From Planctomycetota bacterium (GTDB taxonomy: Bacteria > Planctomycetota > UBA1135 > UBA2386): 64,000 bases of DNA. Every line of letters begins with the position of its first letter. Position 1 is the first letter of the stretch. Position numbers and translations under genes: made by a program. The notes under the pieces are model-generated. The model did not search any database. It saw only the letters and a program-made list of their open reading frames with translations, and was not told where the DNA came from. The stretch covers positions 6,144,001-6,208,000 of the forward strand of contig JBKAGP010000001.1 in NCBI GenBank assembly GCA_046290465.1, written 5' to 3'. Below are positions 28,860-38,151 of the stretch, piece after piece.

Positions 28860-29584
28860 CGCGCTACGACCCGTTCTCCTACGGCGAGGTTCCCCTCGAT
28901 TCCAAGCAGCCAGGCGACGCCGCTCCGGACGCCGAGGACCTGCTGTTCGCGGCAGGCGAGCAGAACAGCCAGGCGCCGCCGGCCGACGACAGCTGGTCGC
29001 TGTTGGAGGACAACGTCGATGGCCTGATGCCGGGCGAGACCGCCAGCACGGCGGAGACGATCGCGTTCGGCACCGAAGTGCTCGGTGAGGATGCCGGCGC
29101 CGGCGCGGCGATGCACGATCCGCTGACCGGCGGCGAGGCGATGAGCCTCGAGGACCTGCAGGACGCGTCGCCGCCGTCGGCGGGGATGGGCCAGCAGACG
29201 GGCCAGCAGACGGGCCAGCAGATGGCCCAGCAGATGGACCAGCCGAGCGAGCCGGCGATGGCCGAGCCGCCAGCCGCGCCCACCGGCGACGCCGAGCCGA
29301 GCACGCCGCGCGGCCGCGCGGTTAGGCGCCAGCCACTGGCGCCGCGCGCCGCCGCGCAGCCCGGCAGCGAGCCCGAGGCGCCGCAGCAGAAGCAGTTCGC
29401 GGCGGTGCCGCCCCGACGCGGTCTGCCGATCCTCGCGGCGTTCCTGCCGATCGCGCTGTGTGCCGGTGGCGGCACCGCGGCGTCGTGGTTCTGGGTGATG
29501 CAGAACAACCCGGTGATGGCCGGCATCCTCGGCGCGACCACGCTGGTCAGCGCGCTGTTCGCCTGGCTGCTTCTGCGCGGCTGA
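28856..29584 (+). CDS. hypothetical protein, acidic disordered N-terminus with two C-terminal TM helices
   Basis: ATGA overlap with rpoN; GQQT repeats; hydrophobic C-terminus. Confidence 0.75.
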   Translation: MTRYDPFSYGEVPLDSKQPGDAAPDAEDLLFAAGEQNSQAPPADDSWSLLEDNVDGLMPGETASTAETIAFGTEVLGEDAGAGAAMHDPLTGGEAMSLEDLQDASPPSAGMGQQTGQQTGQQMAQQMDQPSEPAMAEPPAAPTGDAEPSTPRGRAVRRQPLAPRAAAQPGSEPEAPQQKQFAAVPPRRGLPILAAFLPIALCAGGGTAASWFWVMQNNPVMAGILGATTLVSALFAWLLLRG

Positions 29585-29602
29585 CGCTATCTGGTCGGCG
29601 GC

Positions 29603-30394
29603 TTGCCGACCTACCTGCTGACAGTCGCCTATGACGGCACGCACTTCCACGGCTGGCAGCGCCAGGTGGGCGTGCGCACGGTGCAGGAAGAGCTCGAGAA
29701 GGCGTGCGCGGCGATCGACCTGCCCGACACCCACGTCGAAGGTGCCGGGCGCACCGACACCGGCGTGCACGCGTTCGGGCAGTGCGCGCACATCCGCATC
29801 GGTCGGGAGTTCCCGCCCGCCAAGCTGCAGCTGGCGCTGAACTCCAACCTGCCCGAGGACGTCGCCGTGCAGCGCGTGGTCGAAGCGCCCGAGGGCTTCC
29901 ACGCGCGGTTCTTCGCCGGCGGCAAGCGCTACCTCTACCGTGTCGTCTGCAGCCCGGTGAAGCCGGCGGTGGGCCGGCCGTACTTCCACTGGAGCCGCCG
30001 GCCGGTCGACGTCGACGCGATGCGGGGCGCGATGCAGTGCCTGCGCGGCAAGCACGACTTCGCGTCGTTCGCGACCAACCCCGGCTACGCGCGCTCGCGC
30101 GGCACGGTGCGCACGCTGCAGCACGTGCACCTGGTGCGCCGGCGCGACGGCTTCGACTTCGCCGTGCAGGGCTCTGGCTTCCTCTATAACATGGTGCGCA
30201 ACCTGGTCGGCACGCTGCTCGAAGTCGGCTACGGCAACCGGCCGGTCGGTTGGGTGGACGAGGTGCTGCGCGGTCGCGACCGGCGGCTGGCCGGGGCGAC
30301 CGCGCCGGCGCGCGGCCTCTACCTGCTGCGCGTGCTGTACGGGCGGGATCTGAGCGTGCCGGCCGGCGAAGAACCGGGCCGCGACGACGGCTGA
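29603..30394 (+). CDS. truA: tRNA pseudouridine(38-40) synthase
   Basis: YDGTHFHGWQRQ, GAGRTDTGVHA, FHARF, GFLYNMVR, TAPARGLYL. TTG start. Confidence 0.96.
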   Translation: MPTYLLTVAYDGTHFHGWQRQVGVRTVQEELEKACAAIDLPDTHVEGAGRTDTGVHAFGQCAHIRIGREFPPAKLQLALNSNLPEDVAVQRVVEAPEGFHARFFAGGKRYLYRVVCSPVKPAVGRPYFHWSRRPVDVDAMRGAMQCLRGKHDFASFATNPGYARSRGTVRTLQHVHLVRRRDGFDFAVQGSGFLYNMVRNLVGTLLEVGYGNRPVGWVDEVLRGRDRRLAGATAPARGLYLLRVLYGRDLSVPAGEEPGRDDG

Positions 30395-30420
30395 TCCGAT
30401 CTCGTCTACGATGCTCGGGG

Positions 30421-31266
30421 ATGAACGGATCCGATCTCGAACCCGGTAGCAGCGCCCCGACAACCCGGGTCGTCGGACGGCGCGATGCCGACCCTCGCGA
30501 GGCGGAGCTGTGGCGCCGGCTGCAGGCGTTCGAGCTGGACGCGGTCGACGCGGCGCTGCCGTTCTCGCAGCGGCTGGCGCGTGAGAACGGCTGGAGCCGC
30601 GCGTTCGCGCAGCGCGCGATCGACGAGTACCGGCGGTTCGTGTTCCTGGCGATGGTCGCCGGCCACCCGGTCACGCCGTCCGACGAGGTCGACCAGGTCT
30701 GGCACCTGCACCTCTGCTACACGCGTTCGTACTGGGACGAGCTGTGCTGTACGATCCTGCCGCGGCCGCTGCACCACGGGCCGACGCGCGGCGGCGGCGA
30801 CGAACGGCACAAGTACGACGTGTGGTACCGCCGCACGCTGGCCAGCTACCGGCGGGTCTTCGGCGAGGAGCCGCCGCCCGCGTGGTGGCCGTCGCCGCAG
30901 CTTCGGTTCGCCCCGCGGCGCTGGCGGCGCGTCGACGTCGGCTCACAGCTGGTCGTCGCGCGCGCGTGGCTGGTGGCGGCCGTCGCGCTGGCCTCGTTGC
31001 TGCTGCTGCCGGCGTGCCGGGGCGTGCACGTCGCCGTTGGCATCGTCACGTTGGTCGGCTTGTTCGGGCTCGGGTGCATCATCTGGGCGGCGATCCGCAG
31101 CGGCGGCGGCGGCGGCCGAGGCGGCGACCACGGCGGCTGCGGCGATGCCGGCGGCTACGGGTGTGGCGGCGGTCGCGACGGCGATTCCGGCTGCGGCAAC
31201 AGCGGCTGCGGCGGCAGTGGTTGTGGCGGTGGTGGTTGTGGCGGCGGTGGCTGCGGCGGCGACTGA
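30421..31266 (+). CDS. glycine-rich-domain (TIGR04222-like) membrane protein with Gly/Cys tail
   Basis: RLARENGW, EYRRF, PSDEVDQVWHLH, LHHGP; two TMs; GCGG repeats at the C-terminus. Confidence 0.82.
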   Translation: MNGSDLEPGSSAPTTRVVGRRDADPREAELWRRLQAFELDAVDAALPFSQRLARENGWSRAFAQRAIDEYRRFVFLAMVAGHPVTPSDEVDQVWHLHLCYTRSYWDELCCTILPRPLHHGPTRGGGDERHKYDVWYRRTLASYRRVFGEEPPPAWWPSPQLRFAPRRWRRVDVGSQLVVARAWLVAAVALASLLLLPACRGVHVAVGIVTLVGLFGLGCIIWAAIRSGGGGGRGGDHGGCGDAGGYGCGGGRDGDSGCGNSGCGGSGCGGGGCGGGGCGGD

Positions 31267-31445
31267 CCGGCGCGGTTGGCCCCCGAACGGGAACTTCGTC
31301 TTTTCGCGACCGATCGGCGCGGCCGTTCGGCCACTGGACGCCCCGTGCCCGGGGCTGCCATCCAGGGCACGGATTTCCGCACGGAATGACGAATATGGCC
31401 CAACGCCGGTCGTTGGGCCGCCCTTTCCAAGACCGCCCACCTGCC

Positions 31446-33236
31446 ATGCTCCTTCGCACGCTCACCGTCTCCGCGCTGACCACGCTGGTCGCCGCCCAGT
31501 CCGTCCCGCTGCAACCCCGCTCGGTCGCCGACGCGCTGCCGGCCTCCACCTACGCCGCGGTGCGGTTCGGTGGCCTCGACGCCTGTCGCGAGGCGGTCGG
31601 CCAGCTGCCGATGACCGCGCTGGTCGAGTCGTTCTTCGGGGAGCTGCCGGCCGAGCTGCGCGACCAGGTCCTCGAGGACGGCCTCGCCGACGCCGCCGAC
31701 GAGCTGCGCCAGCACCTGCAGGAAGCGGGCATCAAGCCGGCCGAGCTGCGCGCGGTGCTGAGCCAGCCGATGGCCGTCGCGGTCGGCCGCCTGTCGATCG
31801 AGGGCATGGGACCGTCGCTGTGCCTGCTGGTCGAAGAAGGCAACCGCCGTCAGGCGATCAACAACACCATGCGCGCGGTCGGCCGGCTGCTGCCGCGCCT
31901 CGGCGCCAACGTCGAGCTCGGTCGCGACGAGATCGCCGGCCACAAGCTCTACCGCCTGCAGATCGAGGACGGCCCGCCGGTGTTCGCGGGCTGGCTCGGC
32001 CAGTACTACGTCGTCAGCAACAGCCGCGGCTACCTCACGGAGGTCGCCAAGGTGCAGGCCGGCACGCAGGTCAGCCTGGCTGCGTCGACGCGCGTCGGCC
32101 AGCTGCGCCAGCAGCTGCCGGCACCGCCGCTGATGTCGATGATGATCAACGCATCGTCGGTCATGGACGCGCTCGCGCCGCACCTGCCGTACGAGGCGGC
32201 CGACCTGTCGGACGCGCTCGGCCTTGGCCGCCTCGACGTCATCTACTCTGCGATGACCGCCAGCGAACGCGGCGGCACCGACCTGCTGCACGTCGGCATC
32301 GGCGGCAGCGAGCGCGGCCTCGCCAAGGCGCTGGTCGCCACGCCGGCCGACCTGTCGTTCGCCAAGGTCTGCTCGGCCAACACGATCGTGTTCGGCGCCG
32401 GCAGCTTCGACATGCCGGCGGTGATCGAGGCGTTCCAGCGGTTCGTCAAGCTGCTGCCGGCCGAGGCACAGCAGGAGATCCGCCGCGAGATGGGGCGTGA
32501 GATGGCGCGCGAGATGCGCCACATGGGCACCTCGCCGGCCGAGGTGCACGGCATGCTGCGTGCGTTCGGCAACCAGGTCGGCTTCGCCGTCAGCCTCGAG
32601 AAGGGCGCGGTCCCGAAGCCGGAGATGCTGCTGCGCCTGTCGGTCGACGACCACGCGCCGATCTCGTCGCTGATGCAGCGCGTCGAAGCGCTGAGCACGC
32701 GTGAGGCCCACGTCGAGTGGCGCAGCCGCAAGGCCGGTGCGCACGAGGTGCGCTTCTGCAACGTGCAGGTCGAGGACCAGCTGCAGCTGTCGCCGTGCTA
32801 CGTGCTGACCGACGACAACCTGTGGATCGGCTCGGACGTCGCCGGCCTGGTGCGCGCGCTGCGCCGCGCCGACAAGCCGGAGAAGAGCCTCGCCGCGACC
32901 GAGGACTTCGCGCGCATGGCGCGCGAGGCCACCGGCGCCAGCGGCGTGGTGCACATCCGTTCGTTCCGCGGCGTCGAGATCGGCTGGCGCTCGGTCGAGA
33001 CGATGCTCTACCCGATGCTCGACGCCAACGCCGACGAGATCGGCTTCGACAGCGACTCGCTGCCGGACAGCGAGCAGCTCGCCGCGGCGCTCGGCACGAC
33101 CACGTTCGTCTACCGCGTCGACGACTACGGCGTCACGGTCAAGACCGAGGGCCCGATGGCGATGGGCGCGTTGCTGGCTGCGTTCGGCATGCTCGGCGAC
33201 GAGGTGCTGAGCCGCGCCACCGGCAAGGTCTTCTAG
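31446..33236 (+). CDS. exported hypothetical protein (DUF3352-like)
   Basis: Signal peptide; repeated beta/alpha units (VFAGWLGQYYVVSN; CYVLTDDNLWIGSD...SLAATEDF). Confidence 0.7.
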   Translation: MLLRTLTVSALTTLVAAQSVPLQPRSVADALPASTYAAVRFGGLDACREAVGQLPMTALVESFFGELPAELRDQVLEDGLADAADELRQHLQEAGIKPAELRAVLSQPMAVAVGRLSIEGMGPSLCLLVEEGNRRQAINNTMRAVGRLLPRLGANVELGRDEIAGHKLYRLQIEDGPPVFAGWLGQYYVVSNSRGYLTEVAKVQAGTQVSLAASTRVGQLRQQLPAPPLMSMMINASSVMDALAPHLPYEAADLSDALGLGRLDVIYSAMTASERGGTDLLHVGIGGSERGLAKALVATPADLSFAKVCSANTIVFGAGSFDMPAVIEAFQRFVKLLPAEAQQEIRREMGREMAREMRHMGTSPAEVHGMLRAFGNQVGFAVSLEKGAVPKPEMLLRLSVDDHAPISSLMQRVEALSTREAHVEWRSRKAGAHEVRFCNVQVEDQLQLSPCYVLTDDNLWIGSDVAGLVRALRRADKPEKSLAATEDFARMAREATGASGVVHIRSFRGVEIGWRSVETMLYPMLDANADEIGFDSDSLPDSEQLAAALGTTTFVYRVDDYGVTVKTEGPMAMGALLAAFGMLGDEVLSRATGKVF

Positions 33237-33288
33237 GGACCGGCTGCTCCGAGCTTGCACCGGTCCCTCGACCGGGCAAGCTTCGGGC

Positions 33289-33516
33289 ATGAACAAGCAG
33301 GACGACGCCCGCCGCAAGCGGCTCCGGCGGATGTGCAAGGAGGGGGCCGACGAGCTCACCGTCGCCACCGAAGACCTCCGCTGGCTGCTCGACGAGGCCT
33401 CGCGCCTGCAGCAGGCCAACGACCGCCTGCGCCGCCAGAACCGCCGGCTGCGGTTGCGCCACGAACGCGACGGCGCGCCGTCCGACGACGGCGGCGGGGG
33501 CGAGAGCGAGCAGTGA
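33289..33516 (+). CDS. small coiled-coil hypothetical protein
   Basis: 75 aa with good codon bias; its stop overlaps the next GTG. Confidence 0.65.
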   Translation: MNKQDDARRKRLRRMCKEGADELTVATEDLRWLLDEASRLQQANDRLRRQNRRLRLRHERDGAPSDDGGGGESEQ

Positions 33517-34304
33517 GCTACATCGTGCTGGTGCACTGGAACGAGGTCGAGTGCCTCGAGCGCCAGCAGAAGCTCGAGAACTACGGCCATCGGGTGTTCG
33601 CGCACTGGCGGCAGGATCGCGGCAGCGAGCTGACCCGCGGCGTCGCCGCCGAGCGACCGGACGCGGTCGTCATCGACCTCTCGCGGCTGCCCTCGCACGG
33701 CCGTTCGGTCGCGACCTGGCTGCGGGAGAAGAAGGCGCTGCGGCGCGTGCCGATCGTCTGCGTGCCGGGCGATCCCGAGAAGACGAAGCGCATGCAGGAC
33801 GCCTTCCCCGACGCGGTCTACGCGCCGTGGACGCGGCTGAAGGGCGCGCTCGCGAAGGCGATCACGAACCCGCCCGCAGATCCGGTCGTGCCCAAGGCGG
33901 TTGACTACTCGGGCACGCCGCTGCCGAAGAAGCTCGGCATGAAGGCCGGCTCCGTGCTTGCGGTGCAGCGGCCGCCCGCCGGCTGGGCCGAGACGCTCGG
34001 CGAACTGCCCGAGGGCGCGACGCAGAAGCGCGGCCTGCGCGGCGAGCGCGACGTGGTCGTGCTGTTCTGCCGGGCCTCGAGCGAGCTGCGCGCGGACTGG
34101 AAGGCCGCCGCCGGCTGCCTCGCCGAGGGCGGCGGGCTGTGGGTCGCCTGGCCGAAGAAGACGTCGGGGGTGACCACCGACCTGACCGACGCGGTGGTGC
34201 GCGCGTTCGGCCTCGACCAGGGTCTGGTCGACACCAAGGTCTGCGCGATCGACGCGACCTGGTCGGGGTTGCGATTCTCCCGGCGACGGGCGGCGCGGCG
34301 CTGA
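33513..34304 (+). CDS. atypical receiver-like domain fused to DUF3052-like domain
   Basis: PDAVVIDLSRLPSHG...VPIV; C-terminal YSGTPLPKKLG...LWVAWPKKTSGV...GLVDTKVCAID.TWSGL. Confidence 0.8.
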   Translation: MSYIVLVHWNEVECLERQQKLENYGHRVFAHWRQDRGSELTRGVAAERPDAVVIDLSRLPSHGRSVATWLREKKALRRVPIVCVPGDPEKTKRMQDAFPDAVYAPWTRLKGALAKAITNPPADPVVPKAVDYSGTPLPKKLGMKAGSVLAVQRPPAGWAETLGELPEGATQKRGLRGERDVVVLFCRASSELRADWKAAAGCLAEGGGLWVAWPKKTSGVTTDLTDAVVRAFGLDQGLVDTKVCAIDATWSGLRFSRRRAARR

Positions 34305-34353
34305 GCGCGTTGCCGGCGGCGCGGCAGGCGCGTATCGTCGCAGGCACCTGGAG

Positions 34354-35235
34354 ATGTCGATGCACCCGATCAAGACCTGCCTAGTACTGTTTGCACTGTT
34401 GTTCGCCGCCAGCGCGGCCGTGACCGCCCAGGGCGCGCGCTACCTGATCCCCGAGCGCATCGAGCGCAAGACCGAGGCCGGCGACGACGGCCAGCAGGTG
34501 TGGGCCAAGTGGGAGGCGCCGGACTGCACCAGCTGCAAGGGCACCGGCAAGTCGGTCTGCGCCACCTGTGCGCGCTTCCCGAAGGACGCCGACAAGTGCC
34601 CCGAGTGTGAGCGGAAGGACAAGGCCAAGTTCCTGACGACGTGCCGCGTCTGCGCCGGCAAGGGCAAGCTCGCCGACCCGCTCGACGAACTACCGTGCGC
34701 CGGTTGCATGGGCTCGGGCATGTTCCTCTGCACGGTCTGCGGTGGCGGCGGCCAGCTCAAGGTCGGATCCGCGAAGCGTTGGAGCGCGTGCCCCGCCTGT
34801 CGCGGCAAGGGTCGCTTCGACTGCGGCGGCTGCAAGGGCAAGCGCGTGATGAGTTCGCTGGTGGTCAAGCCGTCCCTGCGCGAGGCCCCGCTCGACAAGC
34901 TGCAGAAGGCGCAGGAAGCGGTCGACGCGGCGTTGCAGCGCTTCGCGTCGTTCCTCCCGGCCGGCGGCACCAAGGCCCGCAAGGAGGTCAAGGAACTCGG
35001 CAAGGCCTACGACGAGCTGAAGAAGCTGCACCCGTCGTGGAAGGGCATGGCCAAGGCCACCAAGAGCTACATGGGCAAGATCTTCGCCGGCGCGCAGTTC
35101 CAGGGGCACGAGCAGAACGAGGCGGCCACGATGAACCAGCTCAAGTCCAACGCCGAGTACTACCTGAAGCACCAGAAGCGCATGCTCGAGCTGGCGATCA
35201 AGCGGGCCGAGCTGAACGCCAACGCGGGCAAGTGA
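34354..35235 (+). CDS. exported protein with eight CxxC motifs (DnaJ-like zinc fingers) and helical C-terminus
   Basis: Signal peptide; CTSCKGTG, CATC, CPEC, CRVCAGKG, CAGCMGSG, CTVCGGGG, CPACRGKG, CGGCKG. Confidence 0.85.
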   Translation: MSMHPIKTCLVLFALLFAASAAVTAQGARYLIPERIERKTEAGDDGQQVWAKWEAPDCTSCKGTGKSVCATCARFPKDADKCPECERKDKAKFLTTCRVCAGKGKLADPLDELPCAGCMGSGMFLCTVCGGGGQLKVGSAKRWSACPACRGKGRFDCGGCKGKRVMSSLVVKPSLREAPLDKLQKAQEAVDAALQRFASFLPAGGTKARKEVKELGKAYDELKKLHPSWKGMAKATKSYMGKIFAGAQFQGHEQNEAATMNQLKSNAEYYLKHQKRMLELAIKRAELNANAGK

Positions 35236-35277
35236 CCCTGCCCGTCGGAGCGTCTGCGCGGTAGTCTCCGCGGACCT

Positions 35278-38136
35278 ATGCGTCCGCTTTCCCGTCTGCT
35301 TTCCGCCCTGCTCGCTGCGGCTCCCGCCGTCGCGCAGGGCGTCGTCAACGAGTCGCTGCTGCGCGCCCCGAGCGGCGGTGCTGCCGAGACCTGGTCGTCC
35401 CGCGTGTTCGAGCAGGTCCAGGGCTCGGTCGTCTACGTCGCCGTCGAGGTCGACGGCGACCGCGGCGCGTTCGTCGTCGAACGCGCCAGCTCCGGCATCG
35501 TCGTCGACGGCAGGGGCTACGTGGTGACGTTCCACCGGCTGGTCCAGGAGGCGATCGGTGCCGACGACAAGCGGATCAAGGTGCGCCTCAACGACGCGTC
35601 GAACACCGAGCTGGCGGCGAAGCTGGTGCGCAGCGACGCGGCGACCGGGCTGGCGCTGCTCCGCATCGAGCCGCCGCAGGACGGGCTGACGGTCGCGCCC
35701 GGTGTGGCCGGCATGCCGCACTACGGCGAGCCGGTGCTGGTGGTCGCGCGCCCGGCCGGCGAGGAGATGCTGGCGTTCGCCGGCGTGGCCAGCCGCGCGC
35801 TGTCGGCCGTCGAGTTCGACGGGCATCGCTTCGCCCGCGGCGCGTCGTTCCTGACCGATGCTCGCGTCGACCTGCGCTGCGATGGCGCTGGCGTGTTCGG
35901 CGCCGACGGCGCGCTGCTCGGCATCTACTCGAGCGAGCACGTCGCGCGCGAGGTGCGCGAACCCAAGCTCGAGGACCTGAAGCGGCCGAGCTTCGGCGCG
36001 GTGATCCCCGCCGAGCGGATCCGCGGCGCCTTTGCGGCCGAACTCGGCGCTTCCGAGGCGCGCGCGCGGGCGCCGCATGCATGGGCGCGCGCGGTCGCGG
36101 CCGTCGCGCCGTCGGTGGTGGGGGTGTACAGCGGTGATGGTGAATGGCCGATGCCGGGCCCGAACGACCCCGGCTGCGAGCAGCGCAACGAGCAACTCGG
36201 CTCGGGCGTGGTCGCGACCGCCGACGGGTTGGTGCTGTGCAACGCGCACGTCTGCCGCGGCGACGTGCGCGTAAAGGTCGGTGCAGCCGTCTATCCGGCC
36301 GAGGTGGTCAAGAGGCGCAGCGGCTCGAACCTGGCGCTGCTGCGGGTCGCGTTGCCGACCGGCGTGCGGCTGACGCCGGCGACCTTCGGCGTCGACGACG
36401 ACGTGCGCCTCGGCGAGGCGGTGCTGGCGGTCGGCAACCCGACCGGTGACGGTGCGGTCGTGACCGGCGGCGTGATCTCGGCGATGCGCGCCCGTGAGGG
36501 CGGCCGGATCCAGGCCGATGCCAACCTCGGCAACCAGAACGGTGGCGGTGCGATGATCGACGCGTCCGGCCGGGTCGTCGGCATCGGGGACGCCGGCCGC
36601 GTCGACCCGGTCGAGATGGCCTACATGATGCGCCGCGACCGCGCGACCAAGGAGACCAACCTGTCGACGTTCGTCGGCGTGCGCCAGGTGCGCAAGGTGT
36701 TCGGGGACGCGCTCGACGAGGCTTCGGCCGAAGGCTCGCTGGTGGCGCCGATGCCGGCGAGCGAGCAGCAGCGGCAGCTGCGGCGTGCGGCGCTGGCGAC
36801 GATGGTCGAGCAGGCCAGCGGCGCGATGCTGAACATCTACGTGGCCCGCAACATCGCCGAGATCGATCCGGAGGACCCGTTCCCGCCCGATCCGGTCTGG
36901 CAGCCGATGAGCCTCGGCTCGGGCGTGATCATCGACCGTTCGGGCCTGGCGGTCAGCAACTGGCACGTCGTCGACGACGGCACGTTCCCCGACGGCGCGA
37001 CCAACGACGAGTTCCGGATCACCGCGCGGGGCTTCGGCGGCAAGGAATACGAGGTGCGGGTGCTGAGCATCTCGCGCGAGGACGACCTGTCGCTGCTGCA
37101 GCTGGTGCTCGACGACGGCGAGTCGGTGCAGGCGGTCGAGCTCGGCAACTCCGAGCAGCTCGGCATCGGCGAGGCCGTCGCCGCGATCGGCAACCCGCAC
37201 GGGCGCTCCAACACGATCACCTACGGAGTCGTCTCGGCGAAGGGGCAGGGCATCCGCGTCAAGGGGCGCTGGGCCAAGCTCAACCACCTGATCGAGACCG
37301 ACGCCGCGATCAACGGCGGCAACAGCGGCGGCGCGCTGCTCGACATGAACGGTCGGCTGGTCGGCATCAACAGCGCCGGTGGCGGCTCGCTGAACAACGT
37401 TGGCTACGCGATCGCCGTCGACCACGTGCGGCGGCAGCTGACCGGCCTGTTGATGCAGCCCTACAAGCTGCGCAGCCCCGAACTCGGCATGCGCGTGCTG
37501 GACGACGAGGGCGAGGTCGTGGTGATGGACGTCGACGAACGCGGCCCCGCGGCGCGCGCCGGCGTGCGTTCGGGCGACCGGGTGCGGGCGCTCGGCGGTA
37601 CCAAGATCACCTGGACGCCGGGCTTCGCGCGCACCCTGCTGCTGCAGCAGGCGGGCGTGCCGGTTGCCGTCGAGGTCGAACGGCAGGGCGAAGCGAAGTC
37701 GTTCGAGGTGACGCCGCTGCGCCCGGAGGTCTGGTCGGTGATCCGCCAGGCCGGCCTCGAGGTCCGCGACTTCGGCTTCGGCGAGGCGCCTGAGCGGGTG
37801 CAGCGGGTGGTCGTCGCGATGCACCGCAAGTTCAGCGGCGACGCGACGGCGGTGCCGCAGGTGATCCCGTCGCAGGTGGTGCGGGTCGAGCGTGTGTTCG
37901 CTGCGCAGCAGCCGGAGGCCGACCTGAAGGCCGGGGACCTCGTGCTCGGCATCGAGCTGCGCACCCGCGCCGACAACCGGGCGGTGCTGCAGCCGATCGA
38001 CGGCGTGCGCGCGCTGCGCGACTGGTTCAACAATCGCGAGATCGGCAGCTACGACGGCGCCCGGTGGCGTTGCTGGGTGGCGCGCGGCGACGACGTGCGC
38101 GCCGTCGAGCTGGTCGCCCGACGGCTGCTCTGGTGA
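35278..38136 (+). CDS. HtrA/DegP-like serine protease with three trypsin-like domains plus PDZ domain(s)
   Basis: Three SG.V..G...H...L.LL..GNP-type units; the third has NWHVV, DDLSLL and TDAAINGGNSGG; PDZ motif GPAARAGVRSGD. Confidence 0.9.
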   Translation: MRPLSRLLSALLAAAPAVAQGVVNESLLRAPSGGAAETWSSRVFEQVQGSVVYVAVEVDGDRGAFVVERASSGIVVDGRGYVVTFHRLVQEAIGADDKRIKVRLNDASNTELAAKLVRSDAATGLALLRIEPPQDGLTVAPGVAGMPHYGEPVLVVARPAGEEMLAFAGVASRALSAVEFDGHRFARGASFLTDARVDLRCDGAGVFGADGALLGIYSSEHVAREVREPKLEDLKRPSFGAVIPAERIRGAFAAELGASEARARAPHAWARAVAAVAPSVVGVYSGDGEWPMPGPNDPGCEQRNEQLGSGVVATADGLVLCNAHVCRGDVRVKVGAAVYPAEVVKRRSGSNLALLRVALPTGVRLTPATFGVDDDVRLGEAVLAVGNPTGDGAVVTGGVISAMRAREGGRIQADANLGNQNGGGAMIDASGRVVGIGDAGRVDPVEMAYMMRRDRATKETNLSTFVGVRQVRKVFGDALDEASAEGSLVAPMPASEQQRQLRRAALATMVEQASGAMLNIYVARNIAEIDPEDPFPPDPVWQPMSLGSGVIIDRSGLAVSNWHVVDDGTFPDGATNDEFRITARGFGGKEYEVRVLSISREDDLSLLQLVLDDGESVQAVELGNSEQLGIGEAVAAIGNPHGRSNTITYGVVSAKGQGIRVKGRWAKLNHLIETDAAINGGNSGGALLDMNGRLVGINSAGGGSLNNVGYAIAVDHVRRQLTGLLMQPYKLRSPELGMRVLDDEGEVVVMDVDERGPAARAGVRSGDRVRALGGTKITWTPGFARTLLLQQAGVPVAVEVERQGEAKSFEVTPLRPEVWSVIRQAGLEVRDFGFGEAPERVQRVVVAMHRKFSGDATAVPQVIPSQVVRVERVFAAQQPEADLKAGDLVLGIELRTRADNRAVLQPIDGVRALRDWFNNREIGSYDGARWRCWVARGDDVRAVELVARRLLW

Positions 38137-38151
38137 GCGGCGCGGTCGGCG

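Noticed and set aside
34354..35235. Multiheme cytochrome c
   Set aside because: The CxxC motifs are not followed by His.
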